A program made the position numbers and the translations under genes. Of a DNA stretch of 64,000 nucleotides, positions 18,252-29,359 are shown piece by piece. The first letter of the stretch is position 1, and each line of letters begins with the position of its first letter. The stretch comes from Escherichia coli (GTDB taxonomy: Bacteria; Pseudomonadota; Gammaproteobacteria; Enterobacterales; Enterobacteriaceae): the NCBI RefSeq assembly GCF_030013595.1, contig NZ_CP122768.1; one strand, given 5' to 3'. The notes beneath the pieces were generated by a model. The model saw only the letters and a program-made list of their open reading frames with translations, did no database searches and was not told the origin of the DNA.

Positions 18252-19652
18252 GAACTTAATGGGCACATCCAGTTTATCTTTGCCGCGGACGCCGTCGCGG
18301 ATTGCCGTCATTTGCGGGCCATGATCGATAGCATCCGTCCAGCTGAAGCAGGAGATTGACGTTTTGACCGGATTATCCAGCACCGGTAGGCGTTCTATGG
18401 TAATGGTATAGGTCGATTCACGCGCGCCACTATTCCCGCCGCTGATGCCGACATTGCCCGTCAAAATAGGCAACATAGCAATAGCGCGTGCGGTCAGCTC
18501 ACCGTTTGCCTGGCGTTGCGGCCCCCAGCCCTGGCAGATATAAGCGGGTTTTGCTGTGCCAATTTCACGCGCCAGTTTGATGATACGGTCCACCGGGATA
18601 CCGGTAATTTGCGAAGCCCACTGCGGCGTTTTCGCTGTTTTATCGTCACCTTCACCAAGAATATAGGCTTTATAGTGACCATTTTTTGGTGCATCTGCGG
18701 GTAAGGTTTTTTCGTCATAGCCGACGCAGTATTTATCAAGAAAAGGTTGATCAACGAGATTTTCGTTAATCAATACCCAGGCAATACCCGCAACCAGCGC
18801 GGCATCGGTGCCCGGGCGAATAGGAAGCCATTCGTCTTCACGACCGGCAGCCGTATCGGTATATCGCGGATCGATAACAATCATTTTTGCGTTCGATTTC
18901 TCGCGCGCTTTTTCAAGAAGATAAGTGATGCCACCACCGCTCATGCGGGTTTCTGCCGGGTTGTTACCAAACATCACGACCAGCTTGCTGTTTTCAATAT
19001 CCGTGGTGCTGTTGCCATCATTACTGCCGTAGGTGTAGGGCATGGCACAGGAAATTTGCGCGGTGCTGTAGGAGCCATACTGGTTGAGTGAGCCGCCGTA
19101 GCAGTTCATCAGGCGTTTGACCGCCGAGGCGGATGGCGAAGAGCGGGTCATATTGCCGCCAACAATCCCCGAAGAGTACTGAATATATACAGCCTCATTG
19201 TCATATTGTTCGACGGTTTTTTTCAGGCTACTGGCGATAGTATCCAGGGCTTCATCCCAGCTAATCCGTTCGAATTTGCCTTCGCCGCGTTTGCCCACGC
19301 GTTTCATTGGGTAATTCAAGCGGTCGGGATGATTAATACGCCGACGGATGGAGCGACCGCGCAAACAGGCGCGTACTTGATGATTGCCATACTCATCGCT
19401 GCCGGTGTTGTCAGTTTCCACCCAGGTCACTTCATTATCTTTAACATGCAGACGAAGTGCACAGCGGCTACCACAGTTGACGGAACAGGCACCCCAGACC
19501 ACTTTCTCGCTGGCCTGTTGTACTGCTGCCGCTGCACTGCGCAGGGTGAACGGTAAAGAAAAACCGCCTGCAGCCAGCGCCAGAGAACCTATCGCGGTAG
19601 ATTTAACGAGTGTTCTGCGGCTGATGCCCACCATTTGTTCATTTTTGGACAT
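18243..19652 (-). pseudogene. ynfE: ynfE N-terminal fragment (Tat signal, catalytic subunit) ending at insertion junction
   Basis: 470 ynfE codons from MSKNEQMVGISRRTLVKS to IWN at 18243; ORF then runs 16 codons into element DNA to a stop at 18195. Confidence 0.85.
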
Positions 19653-19850
19653 AACTCACTCCCTGTTCTTTATCGTTATATAAAAGTTTATATATTGAAT
19701 ATTTAGCGCGCTAACAATAGAGGGAGTCTACCTATTTTGGGTTAAGAATTATTAATCCATATCAATAGAAGGGTATGAGTAATAAAGTGGGATTATGTTG
19801 TATGTTCAAATCGCCGGATGTGTCGTATCCGGCGTGCTGTCGATAATGTG

Positions 19851-20156
19851 TTACTGCGGTTCGGCAGGCGCGCCATCCTGGGTAGACTGCGCGGGAGCAG
19901 AGACGTTACCGCTGGTGGTGCGGGTGTAGAGAATTTTATGCGTATCATTAGCGCAATGCCCGACGACCTGGGAATCAGGCTGATCAACCTGGTCATTGGG
20001 TACAATACTTAACGTGAAGCTGCTTTCGGGAACGCCATTATTGATAATGCGCTGTGATATATCGCTCTGTATGCGCTCACAGGATCCCGGCGCGGCGAGT
20101 ACCGCGGGTGAGGCGAGGGCGAGCAGAAGCGCGGCACAGCAGGTTGAGAGTTTCAT
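19851..20156 (-). CDS. ynfD: DUF1161 periplasmic protein
   Basis: 101 aa from MKLSTCC with signal peptide; synteny. Confidence 0.8.
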   Translation of the reverse strand: MKLSTCCAALLLALASPAVLAAPGSCERIQSDISQRIINNGVPESSFTLSIVPNDQVDQPDSQVVGHCANDTHKILYTRTTSGNVSAPAQSTQDGAPAEPQ

Positions 20157-20263
20157 CATAAGCTCCTTACGCGAAGATAACTTCTTTAAGCATAGCATTT
20201 AACGTGTAAAGTACTGTATTTGCTACTATGATTGAGAATCATCTCTACTCTCTGGTGACTGTT

Positions 20264-20974
20264 GTGAAATACAAATTACTGCCATGCTTACTCGCGATAT
20301 TCCTCACAGGATGTGACCGCACAGAGGTAACACTTTCATTTACCCCTGAGATGGCCAGTTTCTCTAATGAATTCGATTTTGATCCGCTGCGTGGTCCGGT
20401 AAAAGATTTCACTCAGACATTAATGGATGAGCAAGGTGAAGTGACGAAACGTGTTTCTGGGACTTTGTCGGAAGAAGGCTGTTTTGATTCACTCGAATTA
20501 CTGGATCTGGAAAATAATACCGTGGTCGCTCTGGTACTGGACGCCAATTATTACCGTGATGCCGAGACGCTGGAGAAGAGAGTACGTTTACAGGGAAAAT
20601 GCCAGCTAGCAGAATTACCTTCTGCCGGGGTGAGTTGGGAAACCGATGATAATGGCTTCGTGATTAAAGCCAGCAGCAAACAGATGCAGATGGAATATCG
20701 CTATGATGATCAGGGGTATCCGCTGGGTAAAACCACGAAAAGTAACGACAAAACATTATCTGTCAGCGCCACGCCATCAACGGATCCGATCAAAAAATTA
20801 GATTACACAGCGGTTACTTTACTGAATAATCAACGGGTTGGTAATGTAAAACAGAGCTGTGAATATGACAGTCACGCCAATCCGGTGGACTGTCAGCTAA
20901 TCATTGTTGATGAAGGAGTAAAACCCGCCGTCGAACGGATTTACACCATCAAAAATACTATCGATTATTATTAA
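20264..20974 (+). CDS. ynfC: UPF0257 lipoprotein
   Basis: 236 aa from probable GTG start; lipobox LTGC; synteny. Confidence 0.8.
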   Translation: MKYKLLPCLLAIFLTGCDRTEVTLSFTPEMASFSNEFDFDPLRGPVKDFTQTLMDEQGEVTKRVSGTLSEEGCFDSLELLDLENNTVVALVLDANYYRDAETLEKRVRLQGKCQLAELPSAGVSWETDDNGFVIKASSKQMQMEYRYDDQGYPLGKTTKSNDKTLSVSATPSTDPIKKLDYTAVTLLNNQRVGNVKQSCEYDSHANPVDCQLIIVDEGVKPAVERIYTIKNTIDYY

Positions 20975-20976
20975 TG

Positions 20977-21537
20977 CTATTGTGCGGTCGGCTTCAGGAG
21001 AGTCTGACCCGGTGTTTTGTGCTCTGCCAGATACTGATGCTGGAATATACACATGCGAATAGCATTACGATATTGACCATTAATAAAAAACTCATGCATC
21101 AATTCACCTTCAACCGTAAAGCCAAGCTTGCGGTAAATGTGAATCGCTTTTTCATTCTCTTTATCAACGATCAGATACAGCTTATAGAGATTGAGAACGG
21201 TGAAGCCATAGTCCATTGCTAATTTGGCGGCACGGGTTGCCAGACCTTTCCCTTGATACTCCGGGGAGATAATTATCTGAAATTCTGCGCGGCGATGAAC
21301 ATGGTTAATTTCCACCAGCTCCACCAGACCGGCTTTTTCGCCGTCACATTCCACCACAAAGCGCCGTTCGCTCTGATCGTGAATATGCTTATCGTACAGA
21401 TCAGAGAGTTCAACAAAGGCTTCGTAGGGTTCCTCAAACCAGTAACGCATCACACTGGCGTTATTGTCGAGTTGATGTACATAGCGTAAATCTTCACGCT
21501 CCAGCGGGCGTAGCTTAACACTGTGGGCGCTTGGCAT
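20977..21537 (-). CDS. speG: spermidine N1-acetyltransferase
   Basis: 186 aa GNAT-family sequence matching recalled SpeG. Confidence 0.9.
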   Translation of the reverse strand: MPSAHSVKLRPLEREDLRYVHQLDNNASVMRYWFEEPYEAFVELSDLYDKHIHDQSERRFVVECDGEKAGLVELVEINHVHRRAEFQIIISPEYQGKGLATRAAKLAMDYGFTVLNLYKLYLIVDKENEKAIHIYRKLGFTVEGELMHEFFINGQYRNAIRMCIFQHQYLAEHKTPGQTLLKPTAQ

Positions 21538-21571
21538 AACGTGTCCTTACATTCCTTAAATCAATAACAGG

Positions 21572-21913
21572 TTAGGGGGTAATAACGCGGCCAGTTCGAC
21601 GGTCCAGGCAGCGCAAAGTATTTGGCTCCCAGTAGGCATTGATGTTGGCGCTTTGCTCACATTTATCGCGGTTATCAAAAGCGGCGTCGGCTTTATCCCA
21701 CTCTTTTTCAGTGCGTTTATTCACTTTCTGGCGCAGATTGCGCGTGTCATTCCATTGCTCTTTTTCCATAGCGGCGTGCTGGCGGCTTTGTGCACTGTCG
21801 CCAGACTCAATCACCAGTTTGTTAGTTTCGGCATGAACAGTTGTGCTCAATGCCAGTGCGCAAGGCAGCAGAAAAGCGAGCAGGCCAATTCGTTTGCTGA
21901 GAGTAATTTTCAT
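21572..21913 (-). CDS. ynfB: UPF0482 secreted protein
   Basis: 113 aa with signal peptide; synteny. Confidence 0.8.
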
Positions 21914-22047
21914 AATTCATTCCCTGTATGAATGATTAAAGGTGATTCTACACCATCCACTGCGAACGCAAAACGTACCAGGAGGATGTTTATATTGATG
22001 ATATTATGTCGTCCTATAACTATACATGATGTCAATAAGTGACAAAG

Positions 22048-22374
22048 ATGATTAAAACAACGTTACTATTTTTTGCTACTGCGCTGTGTGAAATTATTGG
22101 ATGCTTTCTGCCCTGGTTGTGGTTAAAACGAAACGCCAGTATCTGGCTGTTACTTCCGACGGGGATTTCTCTGGCACTGTTTGTCTGGTTGTTAACGTTG
22201 CATCCTGCGGCGAGTGGGCGTGTTTACGCGGCTTATGGTGGCGTTTATGTCTGCACGGCGTTGATGTGGCTGCGCGTTGTGGATGGCGTGAAACTGAGTC
22301 TTTATGACTGGACGGGGGCATTGATTGCGCTTTGCGGCATGTTGATCATTGTTGCGGGCTGGGGGCGCGCGTAA
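22048..22374 (+). CDS. ynfA: UPF0060 small membrane protein
   Basis: 108 aa from MIKTTLLFF; multi-TM. Confidence 0.8.
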   Translation: MIKTTLLFFATALCEIIGCFLPWLWLKRNASIWLLLPTGISLALFVWLLTLHPAASGRVYAAYGGVYVCTALMWLRVVDGVKLSLYDWTGALIALCGMLIIVAGWGRA

Positions 22375-22579
22375 GGACATAAATCCATTTTATCAATAAG
22401 ATACAAGGAAGTGTCAGCTGACAAAAGGTATTCTATTTCATCTTTTGTCAACCATTCACGGCGCAAATATACGCCTTTTTTTGTGATCACTCCGGCTTTT
22501 TTCGATCTTCATACTTGTATGGTAGTAGCTCAGTTGCGTAGATTTCATGCATCACGACAAGCGATGCAAGGAATCGAAC

Positions 22580-23794
22580 ATGAAGATCGTAAAGGCTGAA
22601 GTTTTTGTTACCTGTCCGGGGCGTAATTTCGTCACATTAAAAATCACCACTGAGGACGGTATTACGGGCCTTGGGGATGCCACCCTCAATGGACGTGAGC
22701 TTTCCGTGGCCTCTTATTTGCAGGATCACCTTTGTCCGCAGCTTATTGGTCGCGATGCGCACCGTATCGAAGATATCTGGCAGTTTTTCTATAAAGGTGC
22801 TTACTGGCGTCGCGGCCCGGTGACGATGTCGGCCATTTCAGCGGTTGATATGGCGCTGTGGGATATTAAAGCCAAAGCTGCCAACATGCCGCTTTACCAG
22901 TTACTAGGCGGCGCGTCTCGTGAAGGGGTGATGGTTTATTGCCATACCACCGGTCACAGTATTGATGAAGCTCTGGATGATTATGCTCGTCATCAGGAGC
23001 TGGGATTCAAAGCCATCCGCGTGCAGTGCGGAATCCCTGGTATGAAAACCACCTACGGCATGTCGAAAGGTAAAGGTCTGGCTTATGAACCCGCAACTAA
23101 AGGACAGTGGCCGGAAGAGCAGCTGTGGTCGACGGAGAAATACCTCGATTTCATGCCGAAATTGTTTGACGCGGTACGTAACAAGTTTGGTTTTAATGAA
23201 CATTTGCTGCATGACATGCACCATCGCTTAACGCCTATTGAAGCGGCGCGCTTTGGTAAAAGCATTGAAGATTATCGCATGTTCTGGATGGAAGACCCGA
23301 CGCCTGCGGAAAACCAGGAATGCTTCCGTCTCATTCGCCAACATACCGTCACACCCATCGCGGTGGGTGAAGTCTTCAACAGCATCTGGGACTGCAAGCA
23401 ACTGATTGAAGAGCAACTTATCGATTATATCCGCACTACGCTGACCCACGCGGGTGGTATTACCGGTATGCGCCGGATTGCCGATTTTGCTTCGCTGTAT
23501 CAGGTACGTACTGGCTCACACGGTCCTTCCGATTTGTCACCAGTCTGCATGGCTGCGGCGCTGCACTTTGATCTGTGGGTCCCCAATTTCGGTGTCCAGG
23601 AATACATGGGTTATTCCGAACAAATGCTCGAAGTCTTCCCGCACAACTGGACTTTCGATAACGGCTATATGCATCCGGGAGACAAACCGGGTCTTGGCAT
23701 CGAATTCGATGAAAAGCTGGCGGCGAAATATCCCTATGAACCTGCTTATCTGCCAGTCGCACGTCTGGAAGATGGCACGCTGTGGAACTGGTAA
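22580..23794 (+). CDS. rspA: starvation-sensing protein RspA (enolase-superfamily mannonate dehydratase-like)
   Basis: 404 aa from [14 protein letters not shown]. Confidence 0.9.
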
Positions 23795-23805
23795 GGAGTA
23801 AGATA

Positions 23806-24825
23806 ATGAAAAGCATTTTAATTGAAAAACCGAATCAACTGGCAATTATCGAACGCGAAATACCCATCCCGTCAGCGGGTGAAGTACGAGTAAAAGTGAA
23901 ACTTGCCGGAATTTGTGGTTCAGATAGCCATATTTATCGTGGGCATAATCCTTTTGCGAAATATCCGCGCGTCATTGGTCATGAATTCTTTGGCGTCATT
24001 GATGCAGTGGGTGAAGGCGTGGAAAGCGCCAGAGTCGGTGAACGCGTTGCTGTCGATCCGGTGGTCAGCTGTGGGCATTGCTATCCGTGCTCTATAGGTA
24101 AGCCGAACGTTTGTACGACACTGGCTGTATTAGGTGTGCACGCTGACGGTGGTTTCAGTGAATATGCCGTGGTGCCGGCAAAAAATGCGTGGAAAATTCC
24201 TGAAGCAGTGGCCGATCAATATGCGGTGATGATCGAACCTTTTACCATTGCGGCTAACGTTTCCGGTCATGGTCAACCGACTGAAAATGATACCGTTCTG
24301 GTTTACGGTGCCGGTCCAATCGGCCTGACGATCGTTCAGGTATTAAAAGGCGTCTATAACGTTAAAAATGTGATTGTTGCCGATCGCATTGATGAACGAC
24401 TGGAAAAAGCGAAAGAGAGCGGGGCAGACTGGGCGATTAATAACAGCCAGACACCGCTTGGCGAGATTTTCGCTGAAAAAGGCATAAAGCCGACATTAAT
24501 TATCGATGCGGCTTGTCATCCTTCTATCCTGAAAGAGGCTGTAACGCTGGCTTCTCCGGCGGCACGTATTGTATTGATGGGGTTCTCCAGTGAACCGTCT
24601 GAAGTGATTCAGCAAGGAATTACCGGAAAAGAACTCTCTATTTTTTCTTCACGCTTAAATGCAAATAAATTCCCGGTCGTTATCGACTGGTTAAGTAAAG
24701 GGTTAATTAAACCAGAAAAATTAATTACCCATATGTTTGATTTCCAGCATGTTGCTGATGCCATTAGTTTATTTGAACAGGATCAAAAACATTGCTGCAA
24801 AGTCTTACTCACTTTTTCTGAATAA
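23806..24825 (+). CDS. rspB: starvation-sensing protein RspB (zinc-dependent alcohol dehydrogenase family)
   Basis: 339 aa; GHEFFG zinc-ADH motif; overlaps rspA end. Confidence 0.9.
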   Translation: MKSILIEKPNQLAIIEREIPIPSAGEVRVKVKLAGICGSDSHIYRGHNPFAKYPRVIGHEFFGVIDAVGEGVESARVGERVAVDPVVSCGHCYPCSIGKPNVCTTLAVLGVHADGGFSEYAVVPAKNAWKIPEAVADQYAVMIEPFTIAANVSGHGQPTENDTVLVYGAGPIGLTIVQVLKGVYNVKNVIVADRIDERLEKAKESGADWAINNSQTPLGEIFAEKGIKPTLIIDAACHPSILKEAVTLASPAARIVLMGFSSEPSEVIQQGITGKELSIFSSRLNANKFPVVIDWLSKGLIKPEKLITHMFDFQHVADAISLFEQDQKHCCKVLLTFSE

Positions 24826-24882
24826 TACCAATAACGGCGAGTAAGTAGTACGCATCTTACCTCTTTTTTAGAGATAACCATT

Positions 24883-24975
24883 ATGACAATAGAAAAACAC
24901 GAAAGAAGCACTAAGGATTTGGTGAAAGCAGCAGTATCGGGATGGCTGGGCACAGCGCTTGAATTTATGGATTTC
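24883..24975 (+). pseudogene. ydfJ: 5' fragment of MFS transporter gene ydfJ truncated by prophage integration
   Basis: MTIEKHERSTKDLVKAAVSGWLGTALEFMDF then divergence; in E. coli K-12 the Qin prophage occupies this locus. Confidence 0.55.
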
Positions 24976-25012
24976 AAGAGTCATACGTGTCAACTATTTG
25001 ATAAATATTAAA

Positions 25013-25801
25013 TTAATTTTTCATTGCTTCGTTATGGGGCATGGTTGGGGCAAACTCGCTTAACTGTGTATTTAACAAAGCTACCTGTGCATTATTGTTT
25101 TCAGACATCCATTTTCCGTATACCTGAAATACCATTTGCGCATCTGCATGGCCCATCTGGTTTGCTATAAATGCCGGGTTAGCACCAGCTGTCAGCGACC
25201 AGCAGGCATAAGTATGTCTCGACTGATATGATTTTCGATGGCGGAGTCCGGCACGTTTTATCGCTGCGTCCCACATCTGCCTTATTGAGTCAACGGTAAA
25301 ATGGTCACCATAATTTTTTACTCTCGCTGACACTTCAGGTTGAAAAACAAAGGTGCATTTATGTTTTTCTGTTCTGCCATACTCTCTGAGGTGAACATCA
25401 ATGATATGCTCTTTGCTCAGTCTCGTTAATGTCATCTGACTCCGGAGAGCGTCGATTGCTGGCTTAATAAGATGAATGACCCGATTGGTTCCCGCCTGTG
25501 TTTTTGGTACCGTGAAACGGTCTTTTGCTAAATTTCTCCTGATCATCATTGTTCCATTTTTCAGATCTATGTCCTCCCATCCAAGTGCACACAGCTCACC
25601 AGGGCGAACGCCAGTATAAACAGAAACACACCATAAATTTTTGGCTTGCTGATTTCTGCACGCATCGATAAGACGGATGAATTCCTCCCGCGAAAGAGGA
25701 TCCGGAATGGTTCTTGATTCCTTTAATGGCGAGATCCCCTTAAACGGGTTATCTGCCAGGTAACCGTTATCAACACCAAACTGGAACACGGCGTTAAGAT
25801 T
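25013..25801 (-). pseudogene. prophage tyrosine integrase, C-terminal catalytic part (gene split by IS66)
   Basis: R...HxxR...Y catalytic domain (LRHRKSYQSRHTYA, MGHADAQM..VYGKW); reading frame continues to the IS junction at 25801. Confidence 0.85.
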
Positions 25802-25831
25802 GTAAGCGACTCGTCAGAACCGTATTGATAT

Positions 25832-27403
25832 TTACTGAGAGCTCAGATCAACTTTCCAGGGCAACAGATCGCGTACCCGGTTTGCCGGCCAGTCCTGGAT
25901 ATGTTCAATGACGTAACGCAGCCACTTTTCTGGCTCCACATTGTTCAGACGGCATGTGCCGATCAGCGAGTACAACACCGCCGCATGTTCACCACCGCTG
26001 TCGGAACCCGCGAACATCCAGTTTTTCCGGCCTACGGCCACTCCCCGTAAGGCGTTCTCTGCGATGTTGTTGTCGATTTCCACCCAGCCATTACTGCAGT
26101 ACACGTTCAGTGCATCCCACTGTTTCAGCAGGTATGCGAACGCTTTTGCCGTATCTGAGTGACGCGACAGTGTTTTCATCTGTTGCTGTATCCAGTCATA
26201 CAGTGACTGCATCAGTGGCGCGGCTCTGGCTTTTCTTGCCGCCAGACGCTGTTCTGCTGAACAGCCCCGGACCTCTGCCTCGATGGCATACAGTTCACCG
26301 ATACGCTGCAGGGCTTCCGTGGTGATGTAGGTGGGCGCTCTTGCATGCACATCGTGGATTTTTCTCCGGGCATGAGCCATACACGCGGCTTCCGTTATTC
26401 TGCCGGATTCGTATAACGCCCGGTAACCACCGTAAGCATCGGCCTGAAGCACACCGCTGTAACCGGCCAGGTGATTTTGTGGATGGATACCTTTCCGGTC
26501 CGGACTGTACGCGAACCAGACCGCCGGGGGCATCTGTGAACCGGCGTTACGGTCATCACGGACGTAGACCCACAGCCGGGCTGTCCGGGTTTTACCGCTG
26601 CCCGGCTCCTGGACCGGGACGGGGATATCATCAGCATGGACTTTACCGGGCATCAGCACATACTGGCGCAGGACGTCATACAGCGGCTCCAGCAGTTCAG
26701 CAACAGCACCTGTCCAGCGCCCCAGTGTGGCACGGCTCAGCTCCACTCCCTGACGACGGTATATTTCTGACTGGCGGTATAACGGCAGATGGTCTGCATA
26801 TTTCCCGGTGACAACATGGGCCAGAAGCCCCGCTCCGGCATAACTGCGTGCAATGGGTTTTGAAGGTACTGGTGCCTGTACGATATGGTCGCACCGGCAA
26901 CAGGCCTGTTTCGGACGTTGTGTTTCGATAACCTTAAAGGCGCTGCTGATAAGCTCCAGTTGCTCTGACACATCACATCCCAGAGAACTGAGTTCACCAC
27001 CACAGGCAGGACAGCATTCCTCTTCCGGCCGGATAACCCGGGTTTCACGGGGAAGTGAGGCCGGTAACGGTTTACGGGCTGAAGACTGGCGCAGGGCGGA
27101 TGGCAGTACCGGGTCATATTGCTCACCCAGCGTTTCCGCCATTTCTTCCTGAAGTGCGCTGATTCGCTCCTGTGCTTCCTGTATCTGCCGTTCGGTTTTT
27201 GCACGAAGTTTTTCTGAGCTTTTACCGAACTGCATACGTTGCAGTTTCGCAACCAGCGCCTTCAGCCGGTTGATTTCGGAAGCATAAGCCGCCACCCGCT
27301 GTGAGAGCAGGCGGTTGTATTCAGCCATCTGGCGGATGGTGTCCTGTTGCGTCTGCAACAGTGCCCGCAGGCGGGCGTTCTCATGAGCAAGTGAGGTGTC
27401 CAT
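25832..27403 (-). CDS. IS66-family DDE transposase (Orf3/TnpC)
   Basis: 523 aa identical to 12727..14298 product. Confidence 0.85.
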   Translation of the reverse strand: MDTSLAHENARLRALLQTQQDTIRQMAEYNRLLSQRVAAYASEINRLKALVAKLQRMQFGKSSEKLRAKTERQIQEAQERISALQEEMAETLGEQYDPVLPSALRQSSARKPLPASLPRETRVIRPEEECCPACGGELSSLGCDVSEQLELISSAFKVIETQRPKQACCRCDHIVQAPVPSKPIARSYAGAGLLAHVVTGKYADHLPLYRQSEIYRRQGVELSRATLGRWTGAVAELLEPLYDVLRQYVLMPGKVHADDIPVPVQEPGSGKTRTARLWVYVRDDRNAGSQMPPAVWFAYSPDRKGIHPQNHLAGYSGVLQADAYGGYRALYESGRITEAACMAHARRKIHDVHARAPTYITTEALQRIGELYAIEAEVRGCSAEQRLAARKARAAPLMQSLYDWIQQQMKTLSRHSDTAKAFAYLLKQWDALNVYCSNGWVEIDNNIAENALRGVAVGRKNWMFAGSDSGGEHAAVLYSLIGTCRLNNVEPEKWLRYVIEHIQDWPANRVRDLLPWKVDLSSQ

Positions 27404-27422
27404 ATCCTCACTTTACAACGGG

Positions 27423-27770
27423 TTATATGCGGATTCCAGCGCGTTCCGTTCGTTTCGGGTGCTTCCAGTTGATACCTTCAAGAAGCATGGATAACTGAGC
27501 CGGAGTAAGGTGCACCTTGCCGTCACGGGTGACTGGCCAGACGAAGCGGCCCCGCTCCAGGCGTTTGGTGAAGAGGCACAGTCCGTCACTGTCAGCCCAC
27601 AACACTTTTATCTGGTCACCCCGGCGTCCGCGGAAGATGAACAGGTGTCCGGAGAACGGGTCATCCTTCAGGACGTTCTGAACTTTTGATGCCAGGCCGT
27701 TAAAGCCATTTCGCATATCGGTGATACCTGCAACCAGCCAGATACGCGAACCTGCAGGGAGAGATATCAT
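27423..27770 (-). CDS. IS66 Orf2 (TnpB-like)
   Basis: 115 aa identical to copy 1. Confidence 0.8.
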   Translation of the reverse strand: MISLPAGSRIWLVAGITDMRNGFNGLASKVQNVLKDDPFSGHLFIFRGRRGDQIKVLWADSDGLCLFTKRLERGRFVWPVTRDGKVHLTPAQLSMLLEGINWKHPKRTERAGIRI

Positions 27771-28417
27771 CAGTGGCTGCTCCCTTTTATTTCGCGGATA
27801 AGTGTCTGTAATAACGCCGGCGTCAGTTTACCTTTAAGCCTGAGAGTTCCGGCCGGCAGAACCAGCTCACAACACAGACTGTCGGACGGTGTATTTATCT
27901 GCTCTGGTTCCTGTGCGGGGGCCGGGATTTTATTATCCGGCTCCGGCGTTAACGTCACGGGAAGCAGTGCCGGCATATTTTTTCCGGAAGGCAGCAGGCC
28001 ACCTTTCCGGTATTGATGGCGCCAGTTGAAGAGCAGGTTATCGTTGATTCCGTTTTCCCGGGCGATCTGCGCCACACAGGCTCCGGGCTGCAGTGACTGC
28101 TCCACTAAGGCGATTTTAAACTCATAAGGGAAGTTGGGCCGCCGGGGACGTTTTTTTACCACGGGGGCTTCGGATATAACGGTGCTTTCAGGACGTACGA
28201 CTGGTACCGTGGAAAATTGTCCGTAAAGGCAGGCATCAAGTTCCTGCTCCGACATGCCTGCGGGCAAAGGCCACGAAAGGCCAGCTCTCCGAAAGCGCAC
28301 GAACATACTACAAACTGTTGATTTTGGTACACCCAGGCGACGCCCGGCCACAACCCGGGGTAAATGTTCTTCAAAGTGAAGACGTAAAGCTTCAGTGATC
28401 CAGGTCCGGTGTTTCAT
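27770..28417 (-). CDS. IS66 accessory protein (orf1/TnpA-like)
   Basis: 215 aa identical to copy 1. Confidence 0.8.
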   Translation of the reverse strand: MKHRTWITEALRLHFEEHLPRVVAGRRLGVPKSTVCSMFVRFRRAGLSWPLPAGMSEQELDACLYGQFSTVPVVRPESTVISEAPVVKKRPRRPNFPYEFKIALVEQSLQPGACVAQIARENGINDNLLFNWRHQYRKGGLLPSGKNMPALLPVTLTPEPDNKIPAPAQEPEQINTPSDSLCCELVLPAGTLRLKGKLTPALLQTLIREIKGSSH

Positions 28418-28501
28418 ACGATAGTGTCCATTAAAAAATGATGGACATTATTTTTGTAGAGCCGGAGGAAACAGACCAGACGGTTTAAATGAGCCGGTTA
28501 C

Positions 28502-29016
28502 TTAAGATTTGTCATGTAATTATTTACAGTTACAGCCGATCTACCTGGTTGTGTAACAATATAGTTACTTTTGGGGCTCTGGTATCCAGTCAGTAGCTCT
28601 TTACGAACCTCCAGTAATTTTTCTTTATTAATCGATGAGGCAAGATTTTTTTCACCGATTATGCTCAGGATATTTTTGATGACGGCACGGTATGTGTTGA
28701 GTGATGTTTTTGCGACTTCAGTTTCTTTCAGTGCCAGAAATTTTTCAGCCAGTTCTTTTATGGTTAAATCTTGTCGGGTCTCACCAAATTTTTCCAGATT
28801 GCGTGAGGAGGGAAACTGTTTTGCATAGTCGAAAACACCAGTTTTTATTGCGTAACAAACAGAGGCGCGTAGCTCACCTGCAACGCGCCTGTTTTTTGCT
28901 GTGTCAGGAACCCCCAGGTTTTCCCTGACTCTTACGCCTTTATAAACAAACCAGATACGTAATTTCCCTCCATGGTTTTCCACGCCTGTCGGATATTTCA
29001 TTTCAACTTCTCTCAT
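28502..29016 (-). pseudogene. prophage tyrosine integrase, N-terminal part
   Basis: 172-aa N-terminal arm/core-binding region ending at IS66 junction. Confidence 0.8.
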
Positions 29017-29035
29017 TAGTTAGTGTGGCTTTTAG

Positions 29036-29287
29036 TCAAGTAAGATGACGTCTTGGTCTTGCTGATGCCTGGCGCTCAATCCAGCGATCAATTTCTTCCA
29101 GGTTGTAAAAGCATGGACTGTTATCCCATGGCATACCGTCATGAGCGACATGCTTATATTCCCTTCCTTCCATAAACGATTTTTCCCGGGCCTTTTTTAA
29201 CGTACCTTTTTTTATTCCTTTCAGCGCAATTAACTGCTCTTCGGATACCCATTTGCCGGGAGAGACAATCATGATTACTTCGCTCAT
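29036..29287 (-). CDS. excisionase-like protein
   Basis: 83-aa ORF immediately upstream of integrase, same strand. Confidence 0.55.
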   Translation of the reverse strand: MSEVIMIVSPGKWVSEEQLIALKGIKKGTLKKAREKSFMEGREYKHVAHDGMPWDNSPCFYNLEEIDRWIERQASARPRRHLT

Positions 29288-29359
29288 CGATTTCTTTATC
29301 TCTTACATCAGACGAGCGCCGGTTGCAGAATACCAGTCACAACCGGCGACAGTTGAACA

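Larger units (their letters stand above)
25802..28501 (-). mobile_element. IS66-family insertion sequence, copy 2 (2700 bp, inverted relative to copy 1)
   Basis: Proteins identical to copy 1; 8-bp target-site duplication TTAAGATT at 25794-25801 and 28502-28509. Confidence 0.9.

Noticed and set aside
11629-28501. The two IS66 copies considered as ends of a composite transposon
   Set aside because: Each copy has its own distinct, intact 8-bp target duplication and the intervening DNA is core chromosome; they are independent insertions.
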